Positions 43,124 to 52,634 of a stretch of 64,000 nt of DNA are shown piece by piece. This stretch comes from Actinomycetota bacterium. GTDB lineage: Bacteria; Actinomycetota; Actinomycetes; S36-B12; UBA10799. Numbering within the stretch: the first letter of the stretch is position 1; the number at the start of each line of letters is the position of its first letter. The notes under the pieces were generated by a model, which was not told where the DNA came from, searched no databases, and saw nothing but the letters and a program-made list of their open reading frames with translations. The position numbers and the translations under genes were made by a program. The DNA lies in the NCBI GenBank assembly GCA_020637055.1, contig JACJWR010000002.1, positions 271,802 through 335,801 on the forward strand, read 5' to 3'.

Positions 43124-44028
43124 CGGTCGTCGCCCGTCGACGCGGGTTGCTCGTAGTGCCGGAGGAACAGAGTTTCCAGTGACGGTGGTTCGACAGTTAT
43201 CGAGGCGATTCCCAAGCTGGCCAGGGTCGACATGACGTCGCCCACTCGATCGGCGTCCGCAGTCATCCGCAGGCGCGATCCGTCGGCCTGGAAGTCGTGC
43301 ACACCAGGCAGTTGGGCGAGTCGATCCGCGGGTTGAGTGACCACCGCAGTGATGGACGTCCGCGCGTGGGAACGCATCTCATCCAACGTGCCCGTGTCGA
43401 CGATGCGGCCGTCGCGGATGATGCTGATCCGATCCGCCAGTGCTTGGACTTCGGACATGATGTGGCTGGAGAGCAGGATGCTGCGCCCGCCGGCTTTCTC
43501 GTGGGCGATTTCCTCCTGAAAGACCATTTCCATCAGGGGATCGAGTCCCGACGTCGGCTCGTCGAGAATGAGCAGCTCAACATCTGACGCCAAAGCCGCC
43601 ACGATGGCGACCTTCTGACGGTTGCCTTTGGAGTAGGTACGTCCCCGTTTGCGGGGATCGAGTTCGAATCGCTCAAGCAACTCGGCCCGTCTGGTCTGGT
43701 TGAGGCCGCCGCGCAGGTTGCCGAGGAGGTCGATCGCTTCGCCGCCGGTCATCCCCGGCCATAGGCTGACGTCGCCGGGGACGTACGCCAACCTCCGGTG
43801 CAACCGGACGGCATCTCGCCATGGGTCCTGGCCGAATAGTTCGGCCCTCCCAGCGTTCGCGCGCAGGAGGCCCAACAACACCCGGATCGTGGTCGACTTG
43901 CCCGCCCCGTTGGGGCCCATGAATCCGAGGACCTCGCCCTGCTCGAGGTGCAGGTCCAGGCCGTTGAGGGCCGTGAATCCACCAAATGACTTGACCAGAC
44001 CTTCAGTCCGGATAACTGCAGCCACCAC
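43120..44028 (-). CDS. ABC transporter ATP-binding protein (DrrA-like)
   Basis: Walker A GPNGAGKST, signature YSKGNRQKV, Walker B LLILDEPTSGLD and an H-loop SSH. Confidence 0.92.
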   Translation of the reverse strand: MVAAVIRTEGLVKSFGGFTALNGLDLHLEQGEVLGFMGPNGAGKSTTIRVLLGLLRANAGRAELFGQDPWRDAVRLHRRLAYVPGDVSLWPGMTGGEAIDLLGNLRGGLNQTRRAELLERFELDPRKRGRTYSKGNRQKVAIVAALASDVELLILDEPTSGLDPLMEMVFQEEIAHEKAGGRSILLSSHIMSEVQALADRISIIRDGRIVDTGTLDEMRSHARTSITAVVTQPADRLAQLPGVHDFQADGSRLRMTADADRVGDVMSTLASLGIASITVEPPSLETLFLRHYEQPASTGDDR

Positions 44029-44076
44029 TTCACCCCAATCTTCACGGCGACACGGGATGCGTGATGGAATATTACA

Positions 44077-44111
44077 CTACAGTTGTGTTGCGCAGAACAA
44101 CACAACTGTAG
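44077..44111. promoter_or_regulatory. Perfect 14-bp inverted repeat (7-bp spacer) in the divergent ABC/TetR intergenic region; probable TetR operator
   Basis: ctacagttgtgttg-cgcagaa-caacacaactgtag read directly. It lies between the ATPase start (44028) and the TetR start (44155). Confidence 0.55.
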
Positions 44112-44154
44112 CGGAACTTTGCTGACGGATTGGTGCGAATCGGAGGGGCGAGGC

Positions 44155-44730
44155 ATGGGTGGGAAGGGAATGGATCCGCGCATCGAACACACGCGTCGAG
44201 TCGTCCTGCAGGCCGCCTCGGAGGTCGTCGCTGAGCGCGGGTTCGCCGATGCCTCGATCGACGCGATAGCTCAGCGGTCGGGCGTAGCTCGCTCCACCAT
44301 CTACCGGCATTGGCCGGATCGGATGACTCTCTTGCTCGAGGCTGTCCGGTCGCTGCTGCGGCCGCCGCAGGTGCCGTCCGGCGGAGATGCTCGGAGCATT
44401 CTGACCGCCCTCGCGACGCAACTGAACGACATGCTTGCCGCCGAACCCTTCGGATCCATCGTCGCCACGTTGATCGCTGAATCACGCCGGGACCAGCAGT
44501 TGGACGAACTCCGGGAGAAGTTCTTCGGCCAACGTGTGGTGGAGGTGGCCGAAGTTCTCCGCTCGGCATTGGATCAGAAGGAGATGCCCGCCGGAATTCA
44601 GGTGGCTGGCTTGGTCGACGATGTGTCGGCACCCATCTTCTTCCACGCGTTGGTCATGCGCGCTCCGGTTGACCAAGCGTGGATCGAGACCCGGGTTGAT
44701 CATCTGCTGGCGGCGGCCGGCATCAACTGA
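44155..44730 (+). CDS. TetR/AcrR family transcriptional regulator
   Basis: The HTH region ASIDAIAQRSGVARSTIYRHW is present. The gene is divergent from the ABC exporter operon. Confidence 0.9.
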   Translation: MGGKGMDPRIEHTRRVVLQAASEVVAERGFADASIDAIAQRSGVARSTIYRHWPDRMTLLLEAVRSLLRPPQVPSGGDARSILTALATQLNDMLAAEPFGSIVATLIAESRRDQQLDELREKFFGQRVVEVAEVLRSALDQKEMPAGIQVAGLVDDVSAPIFFHALVMRAPVDQAWIETRVDHLLAAAGIN

Positions 44731-45559
44731 GTGGCGGCGTGCTTCGTGCTTGCTCCAGCGTGCGCTCATGCACTGCGGCCATGTCGGGGTTGTCGATCCT
44801 GGAATCGCGCGGGTCTCGGCCTGCGAGCACCGCGTCGAGGTAGCGCCGATCGGCGTCGAGTCGCGCCATGGGTGCCGTCGTCGGTGCGCCGTGCCCGGGG
44901 ATCAGCACTCTCGCCCGCCGCACCACTTCGCTCAGCCGGTCCAAGCCGACCAGGTACGTCACGAGGTCAGGTTCGTCGGGGTCCGGGTAGGGCAACTCGA
45001 TGTCGCTGAGCATGTCGCCGACGATCACCACGGCGACATCGGGGAGCTCCAGGGCCAAGTGGCCGCGCGCGTGGGCATCGTGTTCGTGCACGATCACCTC
45101 CCGGCCGCCCCATGGCACGCTGTACGGACTTGGCAGTTCCGTCGCGGGACCGCGGCCCGCCGCCAAAATGTGTAACTCGTGCCGGGTGGCGGGCGGGAAG
45201 GGTCGGAGTCTGCCTGCCAGGTCGAGCAATTCCTCGGGTAGATCACCCACGAGCGGTGCCAGCAAGTCGTCGCGTTGCACCCGCCATCGGGAAACGGTCC
45301 ACGGTGTTGCCCAGCGGGGGGCGTCTCCAAGGCCGGGGTGCCACAGGACGTGGTCGTAGTGCAGGTGTGTGGCCACCCCGGCGACGCAGTGAGCCTGGGC
45401 GTCGGAGAGCACCTCGGCGACCCCGGCCAATTCGTCGGCGTCCCAGGCGGGGTCCACCACCAGCGCTTCCCGCGCGCCAAGCACGGCCGTCGTGGTGGTG
45501 GCATAGCGTCGGGATGTCATGACCAGCACCCCGTCGGCCACCTCTTCGCACTTGCGCAT
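44723..45559 (-). CDS. MBL-fold metallo-hydrolase
   Basis: THLHYDH (HxHxDH) and a later HGAP motif. The start is taken at MRKCEE (45559). The rest of track ORF 44723..45976 is upstream read-through. Confidence 0.8.
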   Translation of the reverse strand: MRKCEEVADGVLVMTSRRYATTTTAVLGAREALVVDPAWDADELAGVAEVLSDAQAHCVAGVATHLHYDHVLWHPGLGDAPRWATPWTVSRWRVQRDDLLAPLVGDLPEELLDLAGRLRPFPPATRHELHILAAGRGPATELPSPYSVPWGGREVIVHEHDAHARGHLALELPDVAVVIVGDMLSDIELPYPDPDEPDLVTYLVGLDRLSEVVRRARVLIPGHGAPTTAPMARLDADRRYLDAVLAGRDPRDSRIDNPDMAAVHERTLEQARSTPPLS

Positions 45560-45601
45560 GAGGCGATTCTCCCGCTGATTCGGCGTCGATAGGTTGGTGA
45601 T

Positions 45602-46474
45602 ATGTCTCCCGATGCGCCCCTCAGTTCCGAATCGCACGCCGGAGTGGCCGCATGCTACCGGCCGGTGCACACGTGGGAGTCCGAGGTCGGTGAGGTGGTG
45701 GAGGAATTCGCATCGACGGAGTACGCGGGGAGCGCCTGGGGCCCGGACATGCAGCATGGGGGACCGGTGGCTGCACTGCTCGTGCGTGCCATTGACCGGT
45801 GTCAACCTGCTGTCGGGACTCGCATCAGCCGGATCGTGGTGGAGATTCTTGGCCCGATCCCGCTCACGAGTGTGCGGACGGCGGCCCGGGTCGTGCGACC
45901 GGGGCGGCGTGTCGCGCTGCTCGAATCGGACCTGTGGGTAGTGACCCGAGATGGGCGCTGGCAGCTCGCGGCGCAAGCGCGCGCCTGGCGGCTGGCCGCT
46001 TCGGCGACCGAGGACGTTGTCAACCGCGCCGACGAATGGTCCTGGGGGGACCCTTCACCCGAGATCGAGGGCCTCACCGACGCCGGCCTACCCGAGGAGT
46101 GGCGGGTGGGATTCGTGAACGCCCTGGACTGGCGAATCGAGCGGTCCTTCGGTGGCCCGGGAACCTCCTTGGCTTGGTTGCGACTGGCCATACCCCTCGT
46201 TGCTGGCGAATCGACCACACCGTTGGAACAATGCGCGGCAATCGCAGACACGGCCAACGGCGTGGGTGCTCGACTCGATGCCCAACGTTTCACGTATCTC
46301 AACACCGACCTTACGATCCACCTGTTCGATGCGCCGACGGGATCCTGGATCGGCTTGGCAGCGGAAACCTCGGTGGGTCCGGATGGTTTGGGCCTGAGTT
46401 CGGCGGTGATGCTCGACGCAGCCGTCGGCCCTATCGGGCGGGTGGCTCAAACCCTGCTGGTGCAGCGGCGCTGA
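45602..46474 (+). CDS. Thioesterase-like (double hot-dog, TesB-like) family protein
   Basis: 290 aa. The MQHGGPVAALLVRA segment and the two-lobed layout resemble acyl-CoA thioesterase-like proteins. The call comes from remembered family features only. Confidence 0.6.
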   Translation: MSPDAPLSSESHAGVAACYRPVHTWESEVGEVVEEFASTEYAGSAWGPDMQHGGPVAALLVRAIDRCQPAVGTRISRIVVEILGPIPLTSVRTAARVVRPGRRVALLESDLWVVTRDGRWQLAAQARAWRLAASATEDVVNRADEWSWGDPSPEIEGLTDAGLPEEWRVGFVNALDWRIERSFGGPGTSLAWLRLAIPLVAGESTTPLEQCAAIADTANGVGARLDAQRFTYLNTDLTIHLFDAPTGSWIGLAAETSVGPDGLGLSSAVMLDAAVGPIGRVAQTLLVQRR

Positions 46475-46561
46475 ACCGCGCGGAGTCTTGGCGAATCGTC
46501 CACAAGGTGACGGAATGGTGCTTGCACCTGGGTCGCCGGCGGGTTAGTGTTGAGCAAGAAA

Positions 46562-46577
46562 TCGAACAGATGTTCGT
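46562..46577. promoter_or_regulatory. Near-consensus actinobacterial LexA (SOS) box
   Basis: TCGAAC-AGAT-GTTCGT matches TCGAAC-N4-GTTCGA at 11 of 12 specified positions. It lies about 120 nt upstream of ATG 46699 of the DUF222/HNH gene. Confidence 0.55.
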
Positions 46578-46698
46578 TTCGGGTCTGAACTGGCCATTCG
46601 GGGTGGGTGTGGGGAACACGGCCGTTGCACCGGCTGAGCTATTCCTCGGTTCGCCGCATTGGTCGCGGCACTGCACACATGGAAAGGGGGTGCCCAAA

Positions 46699-48153
46699 AT
46701 GGCTGGATGCCAAGGAGATTCCGCCGATTCGTCGCACGAAGCGCCGGCTGCTGACTTCACGGCACCTGAGTGGGGTGCCGTTCGGGGCGATCTTGAGGCG
46801 CCTGGGGTGGGGCCGGTGTTCGACCTGCTCGCGGGCATCGATTCGCAAGTGAGCCGGCTGCACGAACTCCTCGACTCGGATGCCGCTGCGGTAGCCGTCG
46901 CCGATCTCCCCGAATTTGCATTGCGGCTTCACCTCCTTGTCACCAGACTCGACGCCGCCCACCAGGCAGCGGTGGGGATGGTCGATTCGTGCGGGGCGCT
47001 GCCACCGGGTCCGGCCAACCTCAACGCGTGGCTCGGCGCTTCTCACCACCTCGATGCCGCCCGCGCTGGCAGGCTGCGCCGTAACAGTGTCTGGCTGACC
47101 TCACACAGCATGACCGCCTCGGCGTTTGCATCCGGCACCATCACCGAAGCCCATGTCAACGCGATTCGCGTTGTCGCCGATGCAACGGATGCGCGTCGTG
47201 CGGCCTTCGGTGAGTTTGAGTCACTTGTGCTTGACGCGGCAGTGCACACCGATGCCCGTGTGGTGGCGCGCATCATGAATGCCTGGGCCGAAACGGTTGA
47301 CCCCGAAGCAGCCGATGAGGACGCTGACGCGGCATACGACCGCCGCTCACTGCATCTGTCGGAAGTCGGCGAGGGCTGGGACGTGCGTGGTTGGTTGCCC
47401 GGTGTGCTCGGAGCCGAACTGGCGGGGGTGCTCAATGAGTACATGGAACGCGCCCGTCGCGCCGCCGAAGGCGATGAGTCGGTCGCGCCGATGCCGACAT
47501 CCGCCCGTCGGGCCGACGCATTGCTTGAACTGGCTCGGGCCGCAAGCGCCGCCGACCTCTCAGTCGGCGCACGTGACCGGGCCAACGTCGCGATCACTGT
47601 CGGGATTGACGCGGCCCACAGGTGCACCGGCTGCGAAGGCCAGCAAGAGAACGTGCATTCCTGCAACTCCACCACTTCAACTCGAATGCTCGCCGGAGCC
47701 TCGGCAACGTGGGCGGTGGGCAACGGGCCGGGTCAAGGATTCCTACCCCGCTGCCTCGCACGCTGGGCAACCTGCGACGGTGAGATCACTCGCGTCGTGT
47801 TCGGACCCGATTCTCGTCCATTGAACGTCGGGCGCACCCACCGCGTGGTACCGGCCTATTTGCGGCGGGTCCTCGAGCTGCGTGATGGTGGCTGCATCAT
47901 CCCCGGTTGTGATCGCCCTACCGGGTGGTGCGAAGCTCACCACGTACGCCACTGGGCGGCAGGCGGCGAAACTTCGGCAGACAATCTGGCCCTCATTTGC
48001 AGAAAGCATCATCAAGAACTGCACCTTGGCCGGTGGCTCATCACTGTCACCGACGGCATCCCCCGCGCAACGTCGACTCCCGAGCGTCGCCGTACATCTG
48101 CCCGGCGGACTCCGGGGTTGCGCGATTGGCATCGACAACGCGAGGCCGCGTGA
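46699..48153 (+). CDS. DUF222 domain / HNH endonuclease family protein (REP13E12-like), second divergent copy
   Basis: The C-terminal DGGCIIPGCDRPTGWCEAHHVRHWAAGGETSADNLALICRKHHQELH is the HNH motif. GGAAAGGGGG RBS lies 8 nt before ATG 46699, with an alternative ATG at 46570. The upstream part of the track ORF overlaps the thioesterase gene. Confidence 0.85.
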   Translation: MAGCQGDSADSSHEAPAADFTAPEWGAVRGDLEAPGVGPVFDLLAGIDSQVSRLHELLDSDAAAVAVADLPEFALRLHLLVTRLDAAHQAAVGMVDSCGALPPGPANLNAWLGASHHLDAARAGRLRRNSVWLTSHSMTASAFASGTITEAHVNAIRVVADATDARRAAFGEFESLVLDAAVHTDARVVARIMNAWAETVDPEAADEDADAAYDRRSLHLSEVGEGWDVRGWLPGVLGAELAGVLNEYMERARRAAEGDESVAPMPTSARRADALLELARAASAADLSVGARDRANVAITVGIDAAHRCTGCEGQQENVHSCNSTTSTRMLAGASATWAVGNGPGQGFLPRCLARWATCDGEITRVVFGPDSRPLNVGRTHRVVPAYLRRVLELRDGGCIIPGCDRPTGWCEAHHVRHWAAGGETSADNLALICRKHHQELHLGRWLITVTDGIPRATSTPERRRTSARRTPGLRDWHRQREAA

Positions 48154-48208
48154 TCACCGCGGCCGCCCCGAACCACACGAATCCGGCCAATGGGCGGCAG
48201 GTGCCGTC

Positions 48209-49096
48209 CTACGCCGTCAAGTCGCGTCGGTCGAACCAGGCGATTCCCACTGCGGTGAGCACCAGTGCGATGGCCAGCGGGATCCAGGTGTTGAGCAGAC
48301 CGGGAGCCTCTGTGAGCGGGTTGGAGTTGAGCAACCAGTACCACGGAGAGGCATCCCGCAACCAGGACAGCGACTCGGCGGCGCTACCCACCAGTTGCGC
48401 CGCGAAGCCCAGTACCACGAACACTGTCGCTGCGGCGATGGCCATACCCCGGCTGCCGCTGGCGGCACCGACGGCGAAACCGAGGCTGGCCTGCAACATC
48501 ACCAAGGCGTACGTCGCCACCCCCGCGGACCACAGCCCCCACCAGGGAAGTCCCTCATCGAGGCCCACGAGGGGGGAAGTCAGCGCCAGGATGAGCGTTC
48601 CCGCAACGGTCACGAGCGCAACGAGCACCCACATCCCGATCACCCGACCGACCGCCGCCCACACCCTGGTGACGGGGTTGGCCAACAGCATCTCGAGGGT
48701 GCCTTCGGCTTCCGAGCCGGCGATCACCCACGCGGCCAGAGCGATTCCGAGCACCAGCAGGATGATCGGAAACATGTTGGAGTACAACTGGCTCATGAGG
48801 TAGCCGGCCGGGCTCGCGATCGAGTCGGCGGCCAGTCCGAAGGCATCTCGGAACGCCTCCGGCAGGGATTCTGCGTAGGCGTCCAGTTCCTCTCCGGTGT
48901 CGCGGATGCTGGGGTACACCGCGACCATCAGTGCCATCAGCGCGGCCATCCCGATTGAGTACCCGATCAGGCTGCGACGACGTTCGGCGACCATCTGTCC
49001 CGCGATCGCCAGGGCGGCTCGGGGCCCGGCGAGGTAGTGGCGCCCTTCGGTGTGGTCGGCTGCGCCGACACTCGGGATCGAGTCAGTTCGTGCCAT
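48209..49096 (-). CDS. ABC-2 type transporter permease
   Basis: About 295 aa with 6 predicted TM helices. The start is taken at MARTDS (49096), overlapping the upstream ATPase stop by 14 nt. Confidence 0.75.
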   Translation of the reverse strand: MARTDSIPSVGAADHTEGRHYLAGPRAALAIAGQMVAERRRSLIGYSIGMAALMALMVAVYPSIRDTGEELDAYAESLPEAFRDAFGLAADSIASPAGYLMSQLYSNMFPIILLVLGIALAAWVIAGSEAEGTLEMLLANPVTRVWAAVGRVIGMWVLVALVTVAGTLILALTSPLVGLDEGLPWWGLWSAGVATYALVMLQASLGFAVGAASGSRGMAIAAATVFVVLGFAAQLVGSAAESLSWLRDASPWYWLLNSNPLTEAPGLLNTWIPLAIALVLTAVGIAWFDRRDLTA

Positions 49097-49985
49097 GGTC
49101 GTCGCCCCCTTCTGCCGAGTAGTAGCCGTAGAAGACCGCGTCGAGATCATGACGGCCGGTGTCGATCCTGGCGATCCCGTATGGGGCCAGGGCCGACATC
49201 ACGGCTGCGGCGCTGCCCGCCACCCGGAAGGACGCTTTGACCCCTTCCAGCGAGTCCAAGGTCACGCCTTCGCAGGCGTCGAACACGTCCGCCGGGGGAG
49301 GTGTGTCGAGAACCACGTCGATGGTCTGCAAGGCTGCGGCACCAAGTTCGGTCGTGGTGCCCTCAGCAACCTTGTGGCCCTTGCGCAGGATGGTGACCCG
49401 GTCGGCGATGTCCTCGACCTCGCTGAGGATATGGCTGCTGAACAGCACCGCAGCGCCGACGTCACGTCGGGCATCGACGAGTTCGAGCACGGTTCGCTGC
49501 GCCACCGGGTCGAGTCCTGAGGTGGGCTCGTCCAATACCAAGACATCCGGGGCATGCATGAGCGCCGCCACCACGCCGACCTTCTGCCGGTTTCCTTTGG
49601 ATAGTTGGCCGAACTTGCGGGAGGTGTCGAGTTCGAGAGCGGCTACCAGCCGTTGCGTCTCAGTTGCCCAGCAACCTCCGCGCAGGCGGTCGAAAGACTT
49701 CAGGACCGTACTGACCCGCTGGTTGGAGACCAATCGGAAATCACCCGGGAGGTAGCCGATCCGGGCCCGGGTGGCAGGATCACGCGGCGACTGTCCGAGG
49801 ACGGCGACTTCGCCCTGCTCGGCGTTGAGATAGCCGAGCAGGGTACGCATGGCCGTGGTTTTGCCGGCACCGTTCTCACCCAGGAGTCCGACGATCTCGC
49901 CGGGTTCCACTCCGATCGAGAAGTCGGACAGCGCGACTGTGCGGCCGTAGCTCTTCGTCACCTCTGTCATGCTCAGCGCCGTCAT
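49083..49985 (-). CDS. ABC transporter ATP-binding protein
   Basis: Walker A GENGAGKTT, signature LSKGNRQKV, Walker B LVLDEPTSGLD and an H-loop SSH. The start is taken at MTALSMTEV (49985). Confidence 0.9.
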   Translation of the reverse strand: MTALSMTEVTKSYGRTVALSDFSIGVEPGEIVGLLGENGAGKTTAMRTLLGYLNAEQGEVAVLGQSPRDPATRARIGYLPGDFRLVSNQRVSTVLKSFDRLRGGCWATETQRLVAALELDTSRKFGQLSKGNRQKVGVVAALMHAPDVLVLDEPTSGLDPVAQRTVLELVDARRDVGAAVLFSSHILSEVEDIADRVTILRKGHKVAEGTTTELGAAALQTIDVVLDTPPPADVFDACEGVTLDSLEGVKASFRVAGSAAAVMSALAPYGIARIDTGRHDLDAVFYGYYSAEGGDDHGTN

Positions 49986-50215
49986 ACTTGTCACGGTAGC
50001 CCTTTCCGCCGCCGCGGGGGCCAGGTGGCCGCCGTCCTCCGCCATCGGGTGACCGCTCGGGAACCGGTTGGGGAGCGCCTGCCGACGCGCCGAAGGACCA
50101 TACCCGGTACTGCATTGCCCCTACCGCCGTGGCAAACTTGATCATGACGGCTCCGGTCCGCCGAGCGCACGGATACCCCCCCGCCCCTGCGCCGATGGGT
50201 CGGAGCCGTCACTCG

Positions 50216-51499
50216 TCAGCGACGCTGCGCCACCCGCCTGCTGGCCTCCCGGCCACGTTCGATGATCTCCGCTTCGTCGGCCACCACACGGTCGCGCATC
50301 AGCACTCGCCCATCGCAGACAACGGTGTTCACAACGCTCGGATCCGCCGAATACACCAGGTTGGCGGTGAGGCTGTGATCGCTCACCATCGTGGGATTGT
50401 CGAGGTCGACCAAGAGGAAGTCTGCGACGCGGCCCTCCTCGATGACACCGGCATCGATGCCGAACGCGAGTGCGGAGTCCCGGGTCGCGGCTCGGTAGAT
50501 CGCGTGGTCTTTGCCTGCCAGCGGTGAACCCGCCTGGGCCTTGGCGAGAAGTGCGGCGGTTTTCATCTCGCCGAACATCGACAGGCTGTTGTTGCTCGCC
50601 GCACCGTCGGTGCCCAGCACGATCCGGCAGCCCGCTCGGTGGGCCTGTTGGTGATGGAAGAAGCCGCTGCAGAGTTTGAGGTTGGAGACAGCCATGTGGG
50701 CGATGACGGCCTGCCGCTCGGCGATCAGAGCCCGATCGTCGTCGGTCAGGTGGACGCAGTGGGCGAGGATGGTTCCGGGCCCGAGCAGCCCCAGCGAGTC
50801 AAGGTAACCGATCGGGGTGAGGCCGTGGAGAGCGAGGCAGTCGCGGACCTCCTCGGCCGTCTCCGAGGCGTGGATGTGCACCCGGCGCCCCGATTCGGCA
50901 ACGTCGGCAGCGACCCGCGTGAGGGTCGCCTGATCGACGGCGTACACCGAATGGGGTGCGTGGGCGATGCTGATGCGGTCGCTGGTCCCTGGCTCGGCCG
51001 CGAGTAGTTCGGCGTTGCTAGCTTGGGATCGCGGATTGGGTTGTCCTGCCGGTCCGGTGATGTGCAGCAGTCCGATCTCGGCGCGCACACCCATCTCTTC
51101 GGCCGCACGGAGGGTCGCGGTCTGTTCCCAGTACATGTCGTTGAAGAAGACCGTGCCGGACTTGATCATCTCCAGAATTGCCAGGCGCGATCCGGCGTAG
51201 ATGTCCTCCTCGGTCAACTGCGCCTCGGCCGGCCAGATGTGGTCGCCGAGCCAGTTGGCCAGTTCGAGGTCCTCGGCGTACCCGCGCAGCAGGGTCATCG
51301 CGGCGTGGGTGTGGGCGTTGTAGAACGGCGGGATGATCGCCTGCCTCGCGGCGGCGTCGAGAACGACGTCGGCGTCGCCTTCGAGCAGTTGTTCCGGGAT
51401 CGAGGCGTGCTGACCGATCGCGGTGATGCGGTTGTCCTCCACCCGGACGTCGGTCACCTCACCATCGAGCAAGACGTTGCGCACCAACAGGCGTGACAT
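50216..51499 (-). CDS. Amidohydrolase, MtaD-like (5'-methylthioadenosine/S-adenosylhomocysteine deaminase family)
   Basis: MSRLLVRNVLL..., the metal motif YNAHTHAAMTLLRGY, HASE, ILAHCVH and VLGTDGAASNNSL. The start ATG shares 1 nt with the upstream gene's TGA. The upstream part of the track ORF is read-through. Confidence 0.85.
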   Translation of the reverse strand: MSRLLVRNVLLDGEVTDVRVEDNRITAIGQHASIPEQLLEGDADVVLDAAARQAIIPPFYNAHTHAAMTLLRGYAEDLELANWLGDHIWPAEAQLTEEDIYAGSRLAILEMIKSGTVFFNDMYWEQTATLRAAEEMGVRAEIGLLHITGPAGQPNPRSQASNAELLAAEPGTSDRISIAHAPHSVYAVDQATLTRVAADVAESGRRVHIHASETAEEVRDCLALHGLTPIGYLDSLGLLGPGTILAHCVHLTDDDRALIAERQAVIAHMAVSNLKLCSGFFHHQQAHRAGCRIVLGTDGAASNNSLSMFGEMKTAALLAKAQAGSPLAGKDHAIYRAATRDSALAFGIDAGVIEEGRVADFLLVDLDNPTMVSDHSLTANLVYSADPSVVNTVVCDGRVLMRDRVVADEAEIIERGREASRRVAQRR

Positions 51500-52602
51500 C
51501 AGGTGAAGCCTCCAAGGTCGTCGATTTCGTCCGTGATCAGTCCCTGCTCGCGGGTTATCCGCAGCAGTTCGGTCTCCACTCCAACCGGCGGGAGCGCCAG
51601 ACCCGGCGGCAAGTCGGATGTCGCAAGTTCTACCGCGCACGCATTGCTCAACGCCATCGTGGCGTCGAGGTAGCGCAGCAGTGTCGGTTCGGGTAGAGCG
51701 AAGTTGACCGGGAACTTGCCGTTGAGGGCCCGGGCCGGCGGCATCCGGGGGCCGAACTCGTCCTCGGCGCCCATGTTGGCCAGCAACGCGGAACTGGCGG
51801 ACAACTCGTCTGCGTAGCTGTCCAGGCCCGCGTACACACCGGTCGCCGCCACAACGCACCAGGCGTCCTCGACGGCCTCAAGCACTAGCGCGCGGTCGTC
51901 TGGGCCGACGGCGGACATGGTGACGCCCAGCTTTACCGCCACCCGTTCGGCCTGGCCGGGTACCGGATCCACCGCCGTGATGCGGGCACCGTGCCGGGCG
52001 GCCGCGTGTGCCACCCCGGCTCCAACCTTCCCCAGGCCGAAGATCACGATCGCCGCACCTGCCGGAATCGGGTGCCCGAGGCTGGTCATGGCGCGCACGA
52101 AGCCGTCGCTGGTACCGAGTGTGGTTTCGATGCGCTTAATCGCCCCTGAATCCACACTCAACACAGGTTTGGCCGAGGCAACGTACCGATCCAGGCCGGA
52201 CCGGGTGAGCTCCGCGTAGCCGAACCCCGAGGGCACGTCCGCATGCAAGCCGGCGCAGTCGAGCACGATGTCGAATTCGCCGGATGGTTCCGACGTCACC
52301 GGGACACCCAAGCCGGGCAGCGCGGCCACCACAGCGGAATCCGAGGGCAGCGTCGGGTTCACCGCTACCGTGAGGCGGGCTCCGGCGGCCGACAACGCGA
52401 GGTACTTGGCCATGGTGTTCGCGAAGACGGGCGTCGCGTCGAGGATTCGCATCCCCGCCAGCGGCCGACTCGATGACCAGGTCCGGTATTGCCACCACAA
52501 CGCGGGGAACTCGGACTGTGGGTAGCGCGCGGTCACCGCAGTGAGCAGGTCAGTGGCCATGACACCACTCGGCCACCGTCGATCCGCCCCCTCGGCCGCC
52601 AC
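51499..52602 (-). CDS. Adenosylhomocysteinase-like (AHCY-fold) protein, divergent and short
   Basis: PLAGMRILDATPVFANTMAKYLALSAAGARLTV parallels the AHCY pattern PLKGARI.G.LH.T.QTAVLIETL..LGA.V. The Rossmann loop is IVIFGLGKVGAGVAHAAARHGARITAVD. Several canonical AHCY catalytic residues appear substituted. Confidence 0.6.
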   Translation of the reverse strand: MAAEGADRRWPSGVMATDLLTAVTARYPQSEFPALWWQYRTWSSSRPLAGMRILDATPVFANTMAKYLALSAAGARLTVAVNPTLPSDSAVVAALPGLGVPVTSEPSGEFDIVLDCAGLHADVPSGFGYAELTRSGLDRYVASAKPVLSVDSGAIKRIETTLGTSDGFVRAMTSLGHPIPAGAAIVIFGLGKVGAGVAHAAARHGARITAVDPVPGQAERVAVKLGVTMSAVGPDDRALVLEAVEDAWCVVAATGVYAGLDSYADELSASSALLANMGAEDEFGPRMPPARALNGKFPVNFALPEPTLLRYLDATMALSNACAVELATSDLPPGLALPPVGVETELLRITREQGLITDEIDDLGGFT

Positions 52603-52634
52603 GCAACTGGTCGTCCGGGAAGGTCCGGTCAGCC

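Noticed and set aside
45799-46698. Upstream 300 codons of the 784-aa ORF containing the second HNH gene
   Set aside because: It overlaps the thioesterase-like gene in another frame, and its composition is Arg/Gly-rich. An RBS-supported ATG at 46699 and the SOS box at 46562 fit a shorter gene.
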